Shown here piece by piece: positions 1-14,039 of a stretch of DNA of 64,000 bases (the first letter of the stretch is position 1; each line of letters begins with the position of its first letter). The DNA is taken from positions 215,946,001 through 216,010,000 of the forward strand of contig OZ024742.1 in NCBI GenBank assembly GCA_964016885.1, read 5' to 3'. Position numbers and translations under genes: made by a program. Below the pieces are notes generated by a model that ran no database searches, was not told where the DNA came from, and saw only the letters and a list, made by a program, of their open reading frames with translations. Origin of the DNA: Eledone cirrhosa. Its lineage: Eukaryota.

Positions 1-127
1 TCTCTTCCGACACTTCATGTAATCGTCTCATGTAATATTAAAGCCGCTTACCTAGCCATTCCTTATTCGGATGTACTATGAAAATATTCTTACTATATAT
101 ATATTTATATATATACACATATATAAT

Positions 128-270
128 TGTCTCTACTTTTGGCACAAGGCCAGCAATTACCCAGTGCATTACTGGTACTTTATTGTATCGACCCCGTAAG
201 GATGAAAGGCAAAGTCAACCTCGGCGGGATTTGAACTCAGATCGTAAAGGGACGTAACTATGCTGAATGA
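128..270 (-). mobile_element. tRNA-derived SINE (octopus-type), partial
   Basis: Minus strand has the B-box GAGTTCAAATCCC followed by GCCTTTCATCCTTACGGGGTCGATA; the same sequence recurs many times in the window. Confidence 0.85.
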
Positions 271-271
271 G

Positions 272-349
<78 letters not shown>

Positions 350-352
<3 letters not shown>

Positions 353-580
353 GGCATACCTTGGTAGAAATATTCAAAATATAGAGCAACTCAGTACCGT
401 AAGGTATGTTTTAATATAGTTATTAAGACCTAATGAAGCCATACCAGGACCATTCCTTCAACATATGCCTGTAGAAACGAACCCATATAGGCTGAAAGGT
501 TTGACTCTCAAGACCAGCGGGACATACGTGTCCAGTATGGTTTCGTCGTAGTACTGGCTTTAATAACTATATGTATATTA
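350..580 (-). mobile_element. Degraded foldback element between TA tracts
   Basis: ATAGTTATTAA...GCCATAC (about 416-444) is inverted as GTATGG...TTAATAACTAT (about 535-570); GAGTTGCTC tail motif on the minus strand at 384-392. Confidence 0.45.
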
Positions 581-620
581 AATTATATACATACATATAT
601 ATACACACACATACACCCCC

Positions 621-686
<66 letters not shown>

Positions 687-1799
687 ATGGTGTTTGTGTG
701 GTTGTACATAATAACATCTTGAAGCTGCGCCTAATGTGTATTTATATACATACGCATTTACAGTAGACTAAGAAACGAATACAGTTCATACAAAACAAAT
801 CCTAGATTTTGCATTTTCTTTTAATGGGCCTTGCAGAAAACAATCATTTGCTTTTGTACTGATCGGTTTCAGGTATGTATAGCTCTCCAAAGTCTCATTT
901 TCAGGATTACATTTGTGGCGGTACACTGAATGTACCATCACGTGTTCGTATATCACGTGACGCTTACGACTTATGATTATGTATATATATATATATATGT
1001 TTATTTGCGCCAGTCGACTGCGGTCGAGATGTAGGACCACCTTTGCGCTTTTCAGATCGATCCAAGAATTCTTGTGAAATGTCTGGCACGTATTTAATAA
1101 ATTTACATTTTGTCGATTATAATTATAATTTTCATTCAACACAGGGCATTTTATCCGACAGAGTTGTGTCAAAATCATCAACACATATACGAACTCCATC
1201 ACACACATGCACACACATTGACACAAACATAAACACACATACACACAGAAACACATACACGCACACACACACAAACGCACATACATATATGGTTTACTGT
1301 ACTAACTATAGATGTTGAATTTAACGTGTTCGTTGAACATAGAAAGGAGTCTGGAATGGTGTTTCATGAACATGAGAGAGAAGTAGGGCATACTTCATTA
1401 TGTATATGGTTGAAGCATTTCATAAAAATACAACGCTGGGTGCAGAGAACTCATCTTCATGAAGGAGTAAATAAGCCAGTTCCTAAAAGATTGGAGTAGT
1501 TACAGCCAATCCAACATGTTATAACCGTTGCATGTCTGACAAAAATAAAAATTCTGCTACAACGTATTCTAAAAGCGCTCAAGCATACCATGCTAGCGAC
1601 AAAGCTGTATGGCACAACTAGGTAAAGTACATCTCTCTGATGTTGTCGAAATATGTTAGATCTCTAATCAACTGTTAATGAAGCAAGCGGTATGCTGAAT
1701 CATAACCAAAGGACACCTACATAGCTATCGTTTACCATTACATTTAGAAGTATTTGTCAACACACAAAGGTATATATATATGTCAACAAATTGGATAAA

Positions 1800-1915
1800 A
1801 AGCTTTGCTGTATTCGTTCGCGTGCTCTGTGCTTTGAGTTCAAATCCCACCGAGGACAACTTTGGCTTTTATTATTTCTTGGTCGATAAAAAGAATACCA
1901 GCGTAGTACTGGGAT
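1800..1915 (+). mobile_element. Diverged SINE fragment
   Basis: GAGTTCAAATCCCACCGAGGACAACTTTGGCTTT...GGTCGATAAAA. Confidence 0.65.
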
Positions 1916-3615
1916 GGTGTTTTCCTCTATGTCTCATACTAACGTTTTCTCTCTCACATTCTATCCTTCTCTGGAAGAAATCAACTTTGTTTAGACTTGG
2001 AGAAGGATGGACTCCACCAGCTGTAAAAATGCCCACGTAACTCCGGCACCCCTATGAATCTACTGCGAGTCGTGGTACCACACACACATACACACACACA
2101 GAACCGCTTGATCGTACGTGAATATATTCTTTTCGCGCGGTTGGGATTCTTACACTACTGAAGCTGTACATATTACACAATGTGAGCCCGAAATAATCAA
2201 CAAACGCTCGGAATTATTCAACAAATGTAGCGACAAGTTATGTAAACATTTCCTTAGAATATATAGTTAGTTTTGTTCATAGCCTTTAATCTTGCACCAC
2301 ACTCATTAACGTGAACATGACAAAATGATAACTTCAAAACCTTCTAATACTTCATTGTGTTGATTCACTGACCTATCCATCTTATTGACGGCCAAGCCCT
2401 TCTATTTCCTTGAGACATCTCTAACAATCATCAATAACAATCTGCAATTCACGTGTAACCTTCATTCATTAGTCTCTAAATACTATCCACCCACTCTCAG
2501 AAAAATAATTGTTCCCACTGACACCTACAGATATTGTCTCTGCCCAGATACGTCAACATAATGCATAGGCGGCCTGTAGTCGCATGTTTGAATATTTGCG
2601 TCTAACGAACAGCTATGCAACGTAGTACTTGTGTATTTAGACACGAATGGGCATAAGCATCGTATGTATGCATGTTTAATGGTATATATTTTTTGTTAAC
2701 TATATCTGTGTATGTGTGTGTGAGTATGCATATGTTATCTAGGCGTGTGTATATGTGAACCTGCGGGTTTGTACATATTTTTAACCTAACTTGAGCACAC
2801 GGCCATCTGACGTTTTGAACTCCCAACCTATAAACATCACGCACACCCTTCTTCCCATATATACCACAGAGGACCGTTCTAAAGTTCTTGGATTTTAAAT
2901 TTAGTGCCAGGAGGTCATCACTTTATTATCCCTTTTAAACCAAAGATGATGACCCGCATTAGTAAATTGACTCTTTTAGTCCACCGACGTACCTCCTCCA
3001 CTTATCACTACCAAATCACCTCCACCACCCGTAACCCACCTCTTGCCAATATGTGTAAATCATACTCTTGCTTGTAGCCGGAATGCCAACATCCAATTCC
3101 ATAATATGGTGAGCATATCCAAAACTAAAACAAAATAACATTACATTTCAATACATATCTGATGACAACATATCAAATAATTGATATACATGGACATTCC
3201 TGTCTTTGAAATGTGCATAACAGGTTAATGTATTATATGTGTCACCGTCCCGCTTCTTGTTTACAATAGCTCATGGTATCCACGTCGTGGTGTTGTTACG
3301 TCTGATCACAATATAGTTGGTCGATTGCTTCTTCAAACAATACTGATTACTTGGGAGTTTATATACATATTGATACATTTTTACATATACATTTATGTAT
3401 ATAGATATATGTATATACATATTTATTAATTTATAAATATTCATTTATGTATATAGATATATTCAAACATCCATTTGCGCGCGCATACACACATTTTTAT
3501 ATGTATTTTCGTGTCCCAAATAATAAGGAGGAGGAAATAACCTGGGGGACTAGGATTAGGTTAAACCAGAATTAGTTTACATATTGAATCTGTACCAATC
3601 AATTCAACCAATATT

Positions 3616-3799
3616 TGTTTCTACTTTTGGCACAAGGCCAGCAATTTCCCAGTGTATTACTGGTACTTTATTTTATCGACCCCCGTAAGGATGAAAGGCA
3701 AAGTTAACTTCGGCGGGATTTGAACTCAGAATGGCAAGGGCCGTATATCTATGCGTCAAAGCATGGCGTCCGACCCTCTACCGATACTGCCAATTCACC
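3616..3799 (-). mobile_element. tRNA-derived SINE
   Basis: Near-identical to the 128-270 and 54192-54370 copies. Confidence 0.85.
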
Positions 3800-4189
3800 G
3801 GTGAAACATGGACACGTTCATCCAAACAACAAAAGCACCTCGATGGCACTTACACTCGCGTGCTTCAGTGCATTCAAAACATAAGCTGGCGACATCTGCC
3901 TTTGAAAGAGATATCTGACGTACTCCCACGCATATCTGTCGTTGTACGTAAGAGGGGAGTAAGATTTTCTGCCACTGCTATCGAACCACCTACGAGGATG
4001 TGTCCCTATTAGTGCTTTGGAAACCACAATCAATCACTAATAACAGGGCGCTCAAGCTCTCCTACACCGATGTCATCTCCAGAGATTCTGGTGTCGAAAT
4101 CCCGGACGTGACAAAGGCAAAGCACGACACACCCACGTGCAGATCAATTGTTGAGTCCATTTCGCTTGAGGCCGCCGGATGATGATGAT
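3800..4189 (+). pseudogene. RTE-clade LINE 3' fragment (post-RT region, frameshifted) with (GAT)n tail
   Basis: Translates as ETWT..KQQKHLDGTYTRVLQCIQNISWRH..LPRISVVVRKR, then LLVLWKP..LSYTDVISRDSG; ends in gatgatgatga. Confidence 0.75.
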
Positions 4190-4379
4190 ATATTTTTATA
4201 ACGTATGGGATTTTTTGTAATGTTCTTTTTGTTTGTCATGTATAATGGTTTTACTGTCTAAAGAAAACTATTAGCAATAAAATAAGATTTCGCCAGAGAT
4301 GGATTACTAAACTTTAATAATCGTGGGAGGGGGGGTGATTATTCGAGACCTGAGATTATGTATGAATATATATATAACG

Positions 4380-4570
4380 ATGGAAATGACTTCTACAAGA
4401 TAGAAGTGTCTGATTCGTATGAAATTATCAGGAATGCGTTCCTGATGATTTCAAACGAATCAAACAGTACTAGTCCTGTAAAAGCCATTTCTACATTAAA
4501 TATTGTTGTTCTCAGTGTATTAATGTATGGAATATCTTTTTTACTGGGGTTACCCCCGATTCCACTTGTG

Positions 4571-4575
<5 letters not shown>
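4380..4575 (+). mobile_element. Foldback element with degenerate hammerhead-like core
   Basis: Arms 4382-4434 and 4439-4492 around a TGCG apex; right arm reads CTGATGA(4442)-TTTCAAACGAAT-CAAAC-AGTACT-AGTC. Confidence 0.55.
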
Positions 4576-4661
<86 letters not shown>

Positions 4662-4663
<2 letters not shown>

Positions 4664-4858
4664 ACGAAGGAAGTTTGGTAAGGAACCAGGTGGACAATAA
4701 CGCATCAGAGTACTCAATACTTTGGGTAGAAGGGTGGGTAATACGAAAATGTTGAAGACCTCGACGGCAGAGCTCAAGCCGTTTCGACGGCTATTTCTGG
4801 TCCAGAAATAGCCGTCGAAACGGTTTGAGCTTAGCCGTCGGGGTCTTGAACATTTTCA
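4662..4858. mobile_element. Family A foldback element in (TA)n
   Basis: Palindrome centred near 4800 (GACGGCTATTTCTGG-T-CCAGAAATAGCCGTC); long left arm and short right arm. Confidence 0.85.
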
Positions 4859-4980
4859 TATATATATATATATAATCTCTGTTTTCCGTTTATTTTTCAC
4901 CGAAAGTAGTTTTTGAATGCATCTTTGCTTTTCATGATATCCGGATTACATTGAGTTCTTCATACGGATTGGACACTACC

Positions 4981-5040
<60 letters not shown>

Positions 5041-5616
5041 GTTATAAATATATTCGCAATACATTTTAGTGAAATTCTAATGCAAATATTTAACAAAATA
5101 TTGTATTTTAGTGAAATATTAATTTATATTTTGCTTCACCGAGGATGTCTCGTTGACAATCTGAAATATTAATTCCACTGTTATAAGCTCATACTACATA
5201 TTTTCAATCCTTTTGCTATTTGGTAATTGACTAATTTGGTAATTGACTATTGAGCCTACGCTGTATATGGTGGTATTCTGGCTACAGTATTTTATATATC
5301 CATATCTTGCTCTTCCTATCACAACTACCCCCGGCTTCTACTCTTCTATCAAGCATAGTGATATGTTAAATCAACTTCCGCTTTCTGTATTTCTCATATC
5401 ATATAAAATTAGTTTATGTAAGCCGATAACTAACTTACAAGTCCCATATCTCGTATTATCACTTAAAATATACATATCATACACCTCCAATGCATTCTAT
5501 CTAAATCTATACACGTTTATAGACGATTTGCAGTTCCACTCGAAACGCGCGCGCGCACACACGTACACACACACATACATACACATATACATATATAAGT
5601 GTGTGCATGTGTGTGT

Positions 5617-6031
5617 GTATTTGAATTTAGCATTTGTAAATAAATACGGTATGTTTATAAATAAACATTTAGAAAGCCATAACTATGAACAGCACACTGG
5701 CAGTTAACGGCAACAGGCGGTGCCCGGCAGAAGCAAGGGGGACAATCATCGATGCATTTCAGACTCAACTGGTTCTCGCCAGGACGACCTTTCCCGCTAT
5801 TGCAACTGCTCGTCAGATTCGACTGTTTTCAAAGTCCGGAAGCTGCAAGAGCGAGTAAGATCGTCCTGATGAGAACCGGTTGAGTTCGAAATGCATCGAC
5901 GATTGACTTGCTGTTGCCGGGCACCGCTTGGAGGCGTTAGTTGCGAGTGTGTTATTCATTCATAGTTATGGCTCTCTAAATGTTTATTTTTAAACATACC
6001 ATATTTCTTTAGAAATGCGAAATTCAAATAC
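5617..6031. mobile_element. About 415-bp foldback element carrying a hammerhead ribozyme
   Basis: Imperfect inverted arms of about 190 bp, flanked by simple repeats. Confidence 0.85.
5860..5903 (+). ncRNA. Type I hammerhead ribozyme (PLE-type)
   Basis: Stem I ATCGTC/GACGAT; CTGATGA at 5866-5872; stem II GAAC/GTTC; GAAA; palindromic stem III ATGCAT; predicted cleavage after AUC (5897). Confidence 0.85.
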
Positions 6032-6060
6032 ATATTTATATACAGCCATGTTCGAAGTTA

Positions 6061-6127
<67 letters not shown>

Positions 6128-6130
<3 letters not shown>

Positions 6131-6306
6131 GATATTAATAAATGGAAACTATATTTATAAAACCATATTTATTTCATTATACATATTTCAGGGATACCAC
6201 ATTAAATTATGGTATGCCTTCATCAGACAAAATACAATACATAACAGTTTTACAAATAGGTTTGACGTACCCTTTAAAATACAACCATTACTTTTGGAGG
6301 CTGTCT

Positions 6307-6310
<4 letters not shown>
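6128..6310 (-). mobile_element. Family B pLTR-like element with hammerhead core (6174-6233)
   Basis: Minus strand reads CTGATGA-AGGCATACCATA-atttaa-TGTGGTATCCCT-GAAATATGTA; flanked by (TA)n. Confidence 0.8.
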
Positions 6311-6370
<60 letters not shown>

Positions 6371-6374
<4 letters not shown>

Positions 6375-6650
6375 AGATCAAAAGATGGTTAAAAGAGTTC
6401 CATGTATTTTATTATGCGCATTTCAAAATGAAATATCATCATGCAATAACATTTGCGTTTTCGTCAGATAAAATAGGGAGACATGTTATGAAGGTTAAAA
6501 ACACTTGTGAATAGTGCCGTTTTAAATCAACATCTTTTAACCATCTTTTGATCTTATATATTATTTATACTCCAGTCCTACAAACTGTAGAGTGCTACTT
6601 ATCCGATATCTGTATGGCTTTATTGTACTACAATAAAACTCACCTCCTAC
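6371..6650. mobile_element. Foldback element with about 26-bp inverted ends and 3' tail
   Basis: TATAAGATCAAAAGATGGTTAAAAGA is inverted at about 6533-6558; tail has GAGTGCTA at 6590. Confidence 0.75.
6405..6475 (-). ncRNA. Type I hammerhead ribozyme
   Basis: 8-bp stem I TATTTTAT/ATAAAATA; CTGACGA; long stem II; GAAA; palindromic ATGCGCAT; AUA cleavage triplet. Confidence 0.85.
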
Positions 6651-6669
6651 ATATATATATATATATACG

Positions 6670-6715
<46 letters not shown>

Positions 6716-6822
6716 AAGAGAGAAAATAGACACACACACATATATATATATGTATATATGCGTATGTGTATGTATGTATATATACGTATGTGTATGTATG
6801 TATGTATGTATATATACGTATG

Positions 6823-6854
<32 letters not shown>

Positions 6855-6987
6855 TGTATGTATGTATGTATGTATACGTATGTGTATGTATGTATGTATG
6901 TATATATATACGTATGTGTGTATGCATGTATGTATATATACGTATGTGTATGTATGCATGTATGTATATAGATATATACATACATGG

Positions 6988-7395
6988 GAGAGATGACCCC
7001 TTAGCCTTTGTCAAGGCAGAATTCTAGGAGAAGGAAAACTCTGATATAACACCTGCAACCCTGATGGTATCCAATGATGTTGACTTGTTCTTCTTTTTGG
7101 TAAATATCATCTTGGTTAAGAGAGTGGGACTGGCTTTGTGCAGTGCCTTTGCTCACTATAAAAGCTTCACGGCACAGGCATTGCTTTATATCTGGAGATC
7201 TCTCTGCACTTGTTGTCACATGGTACCATGGGCCCAGCACTATGTGTCAATAATTGTCACAGGTGTAGTGTTTGTGCCAGTGTTTTCAAGTCGCTGGCTG
7301 GACTAAAAAGTCACACTCGTTCAGCGCATCGGTAGGGGTTCTCCTACATGGATATAAAGTAGTGACCGTACTCGAAAACGAGTTGGCAGCCACCA
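6988..7395 (+). mobile_element. About 410-bp non-autonomous RTE-derived element, copy 1
   Basis: Nearly identical to 29172-29580; 3' part encodes FKSLAGLKSHTRSAHR*, similar to the last zinc finger of the RTE at 62.3 kb. Confidence 0.8.
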
Positions 7396-7429
7396 TATAG
7401 ATATATAAATATATGTATACATCATTATA

Positions 7430-7500
7430 TCTTCTGATGAAGGTCTTATGTCCGAAACATAAAACGTTTTCCTACTATATCAATCGGTAACGCAATATAG
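7430..7500 (+). ncRNA. Degenerate hammerhead-like motif (family E)
   Basis: CTGATGA-AGGTCTTATGTCC-GAAAC; downstream CTACTATATCAA shared with the 34830-34895 copy; stem I is poor. Confidence 0.45.
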
Positions 7501-8082
7501 TAATTAAGATCGATATAACATATATAAATGTATATAGGTTTGTGTGGGTTTGTCAGGGTTTCACGACCGCTACGTGTAGCCTATAATTGAGTACTACTTG
7601 TCAAATTGTCCTGGTGACGGTGACAAGTCATGCAGCTCACCAAGCTTTCATGGAGTCGAGTGTAACTTTTTGACACCGTGGAGAATGAAAAACGGATCCG
7701 ACACTGGCACTGGGTAGGGGAAATTAGGAGGGTGACTGGCCATTAAAGTGAAAAGAATACGTGTAGACAGAGCTCGATCACCTTAGTTGGTTGTGTCTAG
7801 GAAACGGATCAGTTTGATAACGAAACCGCGGTAGATGGGACTCCTTAGTCACCTTGGTGACAACCTTTCGAGTGGCCAACGGCTTCATCCCTGTGACGAA
7901 GGAGGATAAGACGCAGCTCGTTAGTCAGCTTCCAAGAAATGGTTGAACAAGCATTCGGGCCCCACAGGCCTCATATTTTTCCTGATGATAATCATAGACA
8001 TTCGCTATCATAATGATGAGCAGTGGTACAATTGTCAATGGTCCCCCACCCTCAGCAATGAGGATGGTAGAAGTCCAAAAGA

Positions 8083-8125
<43 letters not shown>

Positions 8126-8235
8126 TGTGTGTGTATCTGTGTGTGAGTGTGTGTGTGTGTGTATGTGTGTGTGTGTGTGTGTGTGTGTTTGATCTGTTGG
8201 ACTCCTACCATCTAGTCTATTATGTATATATATAC

Positions 8236-8310
<75 letters not shown>

Positions 8311-10837
8311 ATAGACTACCGAACATTTCATGTCAACAACTTCACTCATCATGTTACGATAGTAGACATTTACCCAATGTATCCCGCAAGAGGATTGAAC
8401 TTGATGACCCCTAACTTAAATAGAGCGAGTGTCTCTAATATTCATGAAATAGTTGCTCTCTTCTAAAATTCCACTATGCTTTGATAAAAACAAACCTCAT
8501 GTAAATAATTTGATATTAGAAAAACATGTTTTGAAAACCAACAAATCATTCAAAAAGGAGTGAAACTTTTTCTCCGACCTATGACAATACAGGTTTGTCC
8601 TAGTGGAGTATATAGCGAATTCAATTAAGTGTACAGTGCTTGTTCTAACATTCGTGAGTTCGAATTAAATGACTATTAATGTGCTACAAGATGGACATAG
8701 GTATGGTTCATCAGAGATGAGCCGGGGTAGTTTTTCCCAGTTCAGATTTGACGCAAGTTATGAACAAATGCTTTTCATCTGTAATGATGCCGTTTCGATC
8801 CCCAGGCATAATATGCCTCATGTCATATTATTTCATATGCCCTTTCTGTTTAAAATGTTATGATGCTTTGATGTGATTAAAATTAAGAGAGATTTAGCTG
8901 CTATTTTAGGTCAGTTGAACGAGCAAAGAGGAATCCCGCCCCTTTTCATTCATAATAATTGGGAGGGGCTATATTGAATTCCCAATAGTAGTAGGTGTAT
9001 CTGTACCGGTTATGTTATTATTTTTCTCAATAGAACATTCTATGCCATCTCTTTGTTGTGCGTATATACAGTTACTATGTCTACTTCTCCACAGCAAGCC
9101 AGCGAAGGAGTCTCTATATCAAACCTTGACCTGCTAGAAGTATTAATAAAATGTTCCTCTTATTAAACTCTACTCTCTTCAAAATGGAATGATATACGAG
9201 TTAATCGCAATGCTCGGTACAAATGACAGGATGGCCGTGGCTGGAACGCCGTCTTTCAATTGTTCGCTCATTCAAAGCGAACCTGTTTCTAAATAATCAT
9301 AAAAACATACCCACATGCTGCTTTAGCTATCATTACTTTATTCATTTTCACATCCGGGTACTGATCTTGCACGTGAATCTTCTACATCTGCTAGCTGACC
9401 TTGCATTGATTAGAATCAACAGTTTTCGTTTATACCTTTATATCCGGGTAATATCGCCTTGTTACTACATCCGGGTATTATTGTTATAGCTATACATTAT
9501 CAAGTTATATCCATTTACATTAGTTATTGCTGTTGGTGTTGTTGTTCTTGATGATGTTGATACTGCTGCTTGAGCAAACCTTTTATCGAAAGCCTTGTAG
9601 TGACGAGTCATTTACTTAAGTATACCCGTTGAAGCAAATTTGGCTGTTAATTCTAACAATTTGAGCCATCAATTTAAGGTTCCTATGGTCAAGCGTCTTT
9701 TAAAGTGTTTGTTTATTTCTTGTGTGATTCTAGAGCCAAATGGTTACACACCCGCACTCAGCTATCACATGCAAGTATATGCATAATAAGTAAAGTTGTT
9801 ATCGCTGTATCCAAATATATCATTACTACTACACACCTTTGTTATCCACTGTTCTTAGCTGTTATCTTAACTATTGCCACTGCATAACGTGTACTACTAT
9901 TAGAAATCCTGTTAGAGGTGCTATCACAGCTACAATAGCTCCTGCTGTATATCATATACTAACTTTACATTGATATCCCCATTTCCAAATTATTTATTCC
10001 AACTGTAACAGGTAGATTTGTCACTGCACATGATGGGTTCTATCATTGAACTACACGTGTTATCTCCACTACAGGGTACAGTTGGTCTATCATTTCAACT
10101 ATCTCAGATTGAATTGATTGTTAACCCTTTGGTAGTGTGGAGGGGCGTTGCCCATGACACTTTTTTTTTTAGATTTCAATATTAATGAGAGGGAGGGAAG
10201 AATTTCTCCTCCAGTCAGATATCAGTCTTGAATGCTTGCAATGGAGTGGAATCAGCTAAATATACTCACACCGGTGACCAATAAGGTAAATTACACGTAT
10301 TGGGGCAGTGTGGGATTTGAACTCACGGCGGAAAATGCCAGAATATGGGATATAAAGCAATTTATCCGAGGCTGTAGGAACTCCACAAGTCAACCACCCT
10401 AAATAGATAATGTATTTATCGATTCTGAAAGAATGAAAACAAAGTTGTATTCGTTAAGATAAAAAAGTCAGAAGGAAAAGTGTCGGAATAAATACTGCAA
10501 GGCATTTCGGCCAACACTCTAACACTCATACCAATTCACCACTCATGTTACTGCTATATGCTGTATACTACCATTACAACTACACATGTTATATCCCCTT
10601 TTCTAAAGCTTTGTATTAAAATTATTAAAGCTAGAATTCTTACTGCTACATACGGACTACTAACATTACAACTACACATTCTTCGGCTGTTATTGCTACA
10701 GTTATAGCAGCAGTTATTACAGCTACATGCGTCCACTCTCATAACGACTACTCATGTGATATATATCTTTTCTTGCTGATATTGCAAATATTTGCGGCCG
10801 TACATCTGACTACTATTATTACAAACAACTACTCATA

Positions 10838-10869
10838 TGACGATGATGATGATGATGATGATTGTGGTG

Positions 10870-10901
<32 letters not shown>

Positions 10902-11000
10902 GTACTTTCCTTAAATATTACCGCGATAGTTACTGCGATAGTTACCGCGATATTTACGGCTATTGTTACCGCTATACTTACCACGGTAGTTACCGCTATG
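10838..11000. repeat. (GAT)n microsatellite plus 12-bp tandem repeat (TTACCGCGATAG-like)
   Basis: Direct inspection. Confidence 0.8.
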
Positions 11001-12263
11001 TCCGAGTTGCTATCTTTACAACTACATGTGATATAATGCATATTCTTTAACTTTATCACTATATCACTGCAAGTACACGTGGAATAATGAACATCCTTGT
11101 ATTATTACCCCAAATGTTGTTTCCATTATAACCGTGTGACTATCACTACAAATTATGGATCCTCCGTTAGTTTCGAAGATATTTAGATGGTTTATATACC
11201 GAATAGCTATCTAGTTAAAGTGTAGGGACCTTAATTACACTTGTTTTTAAAGAAATTCCCAAGCCGAATCAGCGTGTCACTGTGTCTTTGATTTACAGAT
11301 GCAATCTATCTGGCAGTTGTGCACGTAGTTTGCATCTAACTAATTGCTCTCACCTCGTGACCCAAGAATATTTTTAAAACACTTGGCTATGTTGCCATGC
11401 AGTGAGATCGAACGTAGGATCCACAATATTGCGAAGCGATGTTCTTAAAAACTTAGTCATGCCTGTATACATAATTACAATTAAACGTGACTACTAGTGA
11501 TATACCCGGGTTACTATCATTCTAAATACTCGTGAAATAATGGACATTGTTTAACTAGAACCGTCGCAGTTGTTGCTGCAACAATAGAGTTATATATCAT
11601 TATATGTGAACATGTGATGATACACATTTCTTGCCTCTTATAACAACACTTACAGCTGTACCTGTTGTTACCGCTACATCACACTGCTATCAGTACGAGT
11701 ACACATGCGTCGCGTCCATCCATTCATCAATTCATCCATCCATCCATTCATCCGTCCCTCCATCCATCCATCTATCCATCCACAAGCTGTCAGTCACTCA
11801 ACAGCAGCTCAGCTATCTTCGATAGTGCAACATCGGAGATACTGCTTTTTCTATTTCCTTGCCTCTTGCCACACGTGTTACATATATCCTTCTCGCACCT
11901 GCTGTTGCCATTGAATCGGTTAGGTCTCCTCACAGCATCCCAGTGCTGCCCTTCCATGTAGATGTTATTGTCATTAAATTGGCCCTGCGTTAGGCCAGAT
12001 TGATTAAGCCTATGATGACAGGTATTCCAGCCATGACCATTCAATTATTTTCCTATCAACAAGGATCTCATGAATGTGGGTTGTGTGTGATATGAGGAAT
12101 ATTTTGCTGATATTTCTAATAAGTGAAGTGACCACGTAGAACCTCCTTCAAAGTTGCTAATGTTGTTTAGCCAATCCTAGACCAATTCTGATTATACTGA
12201 CATATCATCAATTATGTTCTAGCCGTGACCATCCCGTCCATTTCAAATAAGCCTCTCTTCTTC

Positions 12264-12319
<56 letters not shown>

Positions 12320-12320
<1 letters not shown>

Positions 12321-12452
12321 CCCGCCGGGGTTAGCGTTGCCTTTCATACTTACGGGGTCGATAAAATAAAGCAACAGTAATACATTGGTGTCGATTTAAT
12401 CGGTGTTCCAACTTCCCCCAAAATTGCTGGCCTTGTGCCTAAACTAGAAACA
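12320..12452 (+). mobile_element. SINE 3' part
   Basis: GCCTTTCATACTTACGGGGTCGATAAAATAAAG...GCTGGCCTTGTGCC, between (ATT)n tracts. Confidence 0.75.
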
Positions 12453-13419
12453 ATTATTATTATTATTGTTATTATTATTCTTTACGTCGGTGTGGTCTCA
12501 ATTAAGTGGCATTTAACTGCTATTTCTAACAGGTCAATGACCACGAACAGGTTTGCTCTCTGATTGGTTCCATGAACATGATTTTTTTTATTTCTTCGAC
12601 ATCGTCAACACCCACCCACAACATCCACCAGCCGTTGTTTGACAATAGATCTATCTACTATGAGATAAAGTTCAGTGGTGACAACTACAAATAACCGAAT
12701 GTTTGTCTCCACATCTAAATATGTTTCATCCACACCCATTTTACTGTCTATAATGTGTTACCGATACATCCGGGCATTGGCATTTACATTTTACACGTGT
12801 TATTCCACATAGCTGCTACGCTGTTACATTTACTGACACGGAGCTACTACTATGGTTGACATGATTATGTGTACGTATATAGATATACATAAATATATAT
12901 ACACACATACATATGTAATGTGTGTATACAGACTTTATACGCTGCTAGTTTCTAATATCTGTGATTTACATCTGGCTTAACATATTCACTCATTATTGTA
13001 ACGATGTTTGAGGTTTTCGCTATAAGTGAGAGCCACACGAAGGACTATTTAAAAGGGATAAAATATGATTTTTCAACAAACTTGGATCAACATCTTTTAA
13101 TTAAAACTGGACAAATATAACTTTTTTTTTATTTTTCAAAGCTGGAGGTTTGTTTGTTTCTTCGTTTATTATTCTCATATAATTTTCTCTGTCAAATTTT
13201 TTAATGTTTTTCCTACATTTCAACTCTTATATTGCGCATAAATGACACTAAAATATTTTATTTGTGAAACAAATATCTTTACACTGAAGATGACAAATGG
13301 AGGGGGTGTTAGCACTTTGTAGTTATATACATATATATACGCGTGTGTGTGTGTGTGTGTATGTGTGTGTGTGTATGTGTGCGTGTGCGCGTGGTTGATA
13401 TGAATAAATAAGTCAATTA

Positions 13420-13550
13420 TGCATGAATATATTTATATATATGTATATATAAATGTATATATATATATATATATACATACTATGTATATATACATACACA
13501 TCCATACATACATATATACATACATTCATACATATATACATAAATACATA

Positions 13551-13582
<32 letters not shown>

Positions 13583-13583
13583 C

Positions 13584-13677
<94 letters not shown>

Positions 13678-13735
13678 TCAGACACACACAAACATATATA
13701 TATATAAATGTATATATATATGTATATATATATAC

Positions 13736-13767
<32 letters not shown>

Positions 13768-13903
13768 GTATATGTATATATATATGTATATATATATATA
13801 TATATATATACATATATATACATATATATATATGTATATTACATGTGTATATATATATATATACACATATATATATATATGTATATATTGTGTATATATA
13901 TAT

Positions 13904-13949
<46 letters not shown>

Positions 13950-13951
13950 AT

Positions 13952-14039
<88 letters not shown>

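Noticed and set aside
128-270. tRNA gene at B-box motifs
   Set aside because: The boxes are embedded in multi-copy SINEs, with no complete cloverleaf.
5780-5825. Second CTGACGA...GAAA on the minus strand near the foldback apex
   Set aside because: Stems I and III do not pair.
7570-8085. GC-richer block, possibly a retroelement UTR, with CTGATGA at 7982
   Set aside because: No ORF, second copy or downstream GAAA stem to support a call.
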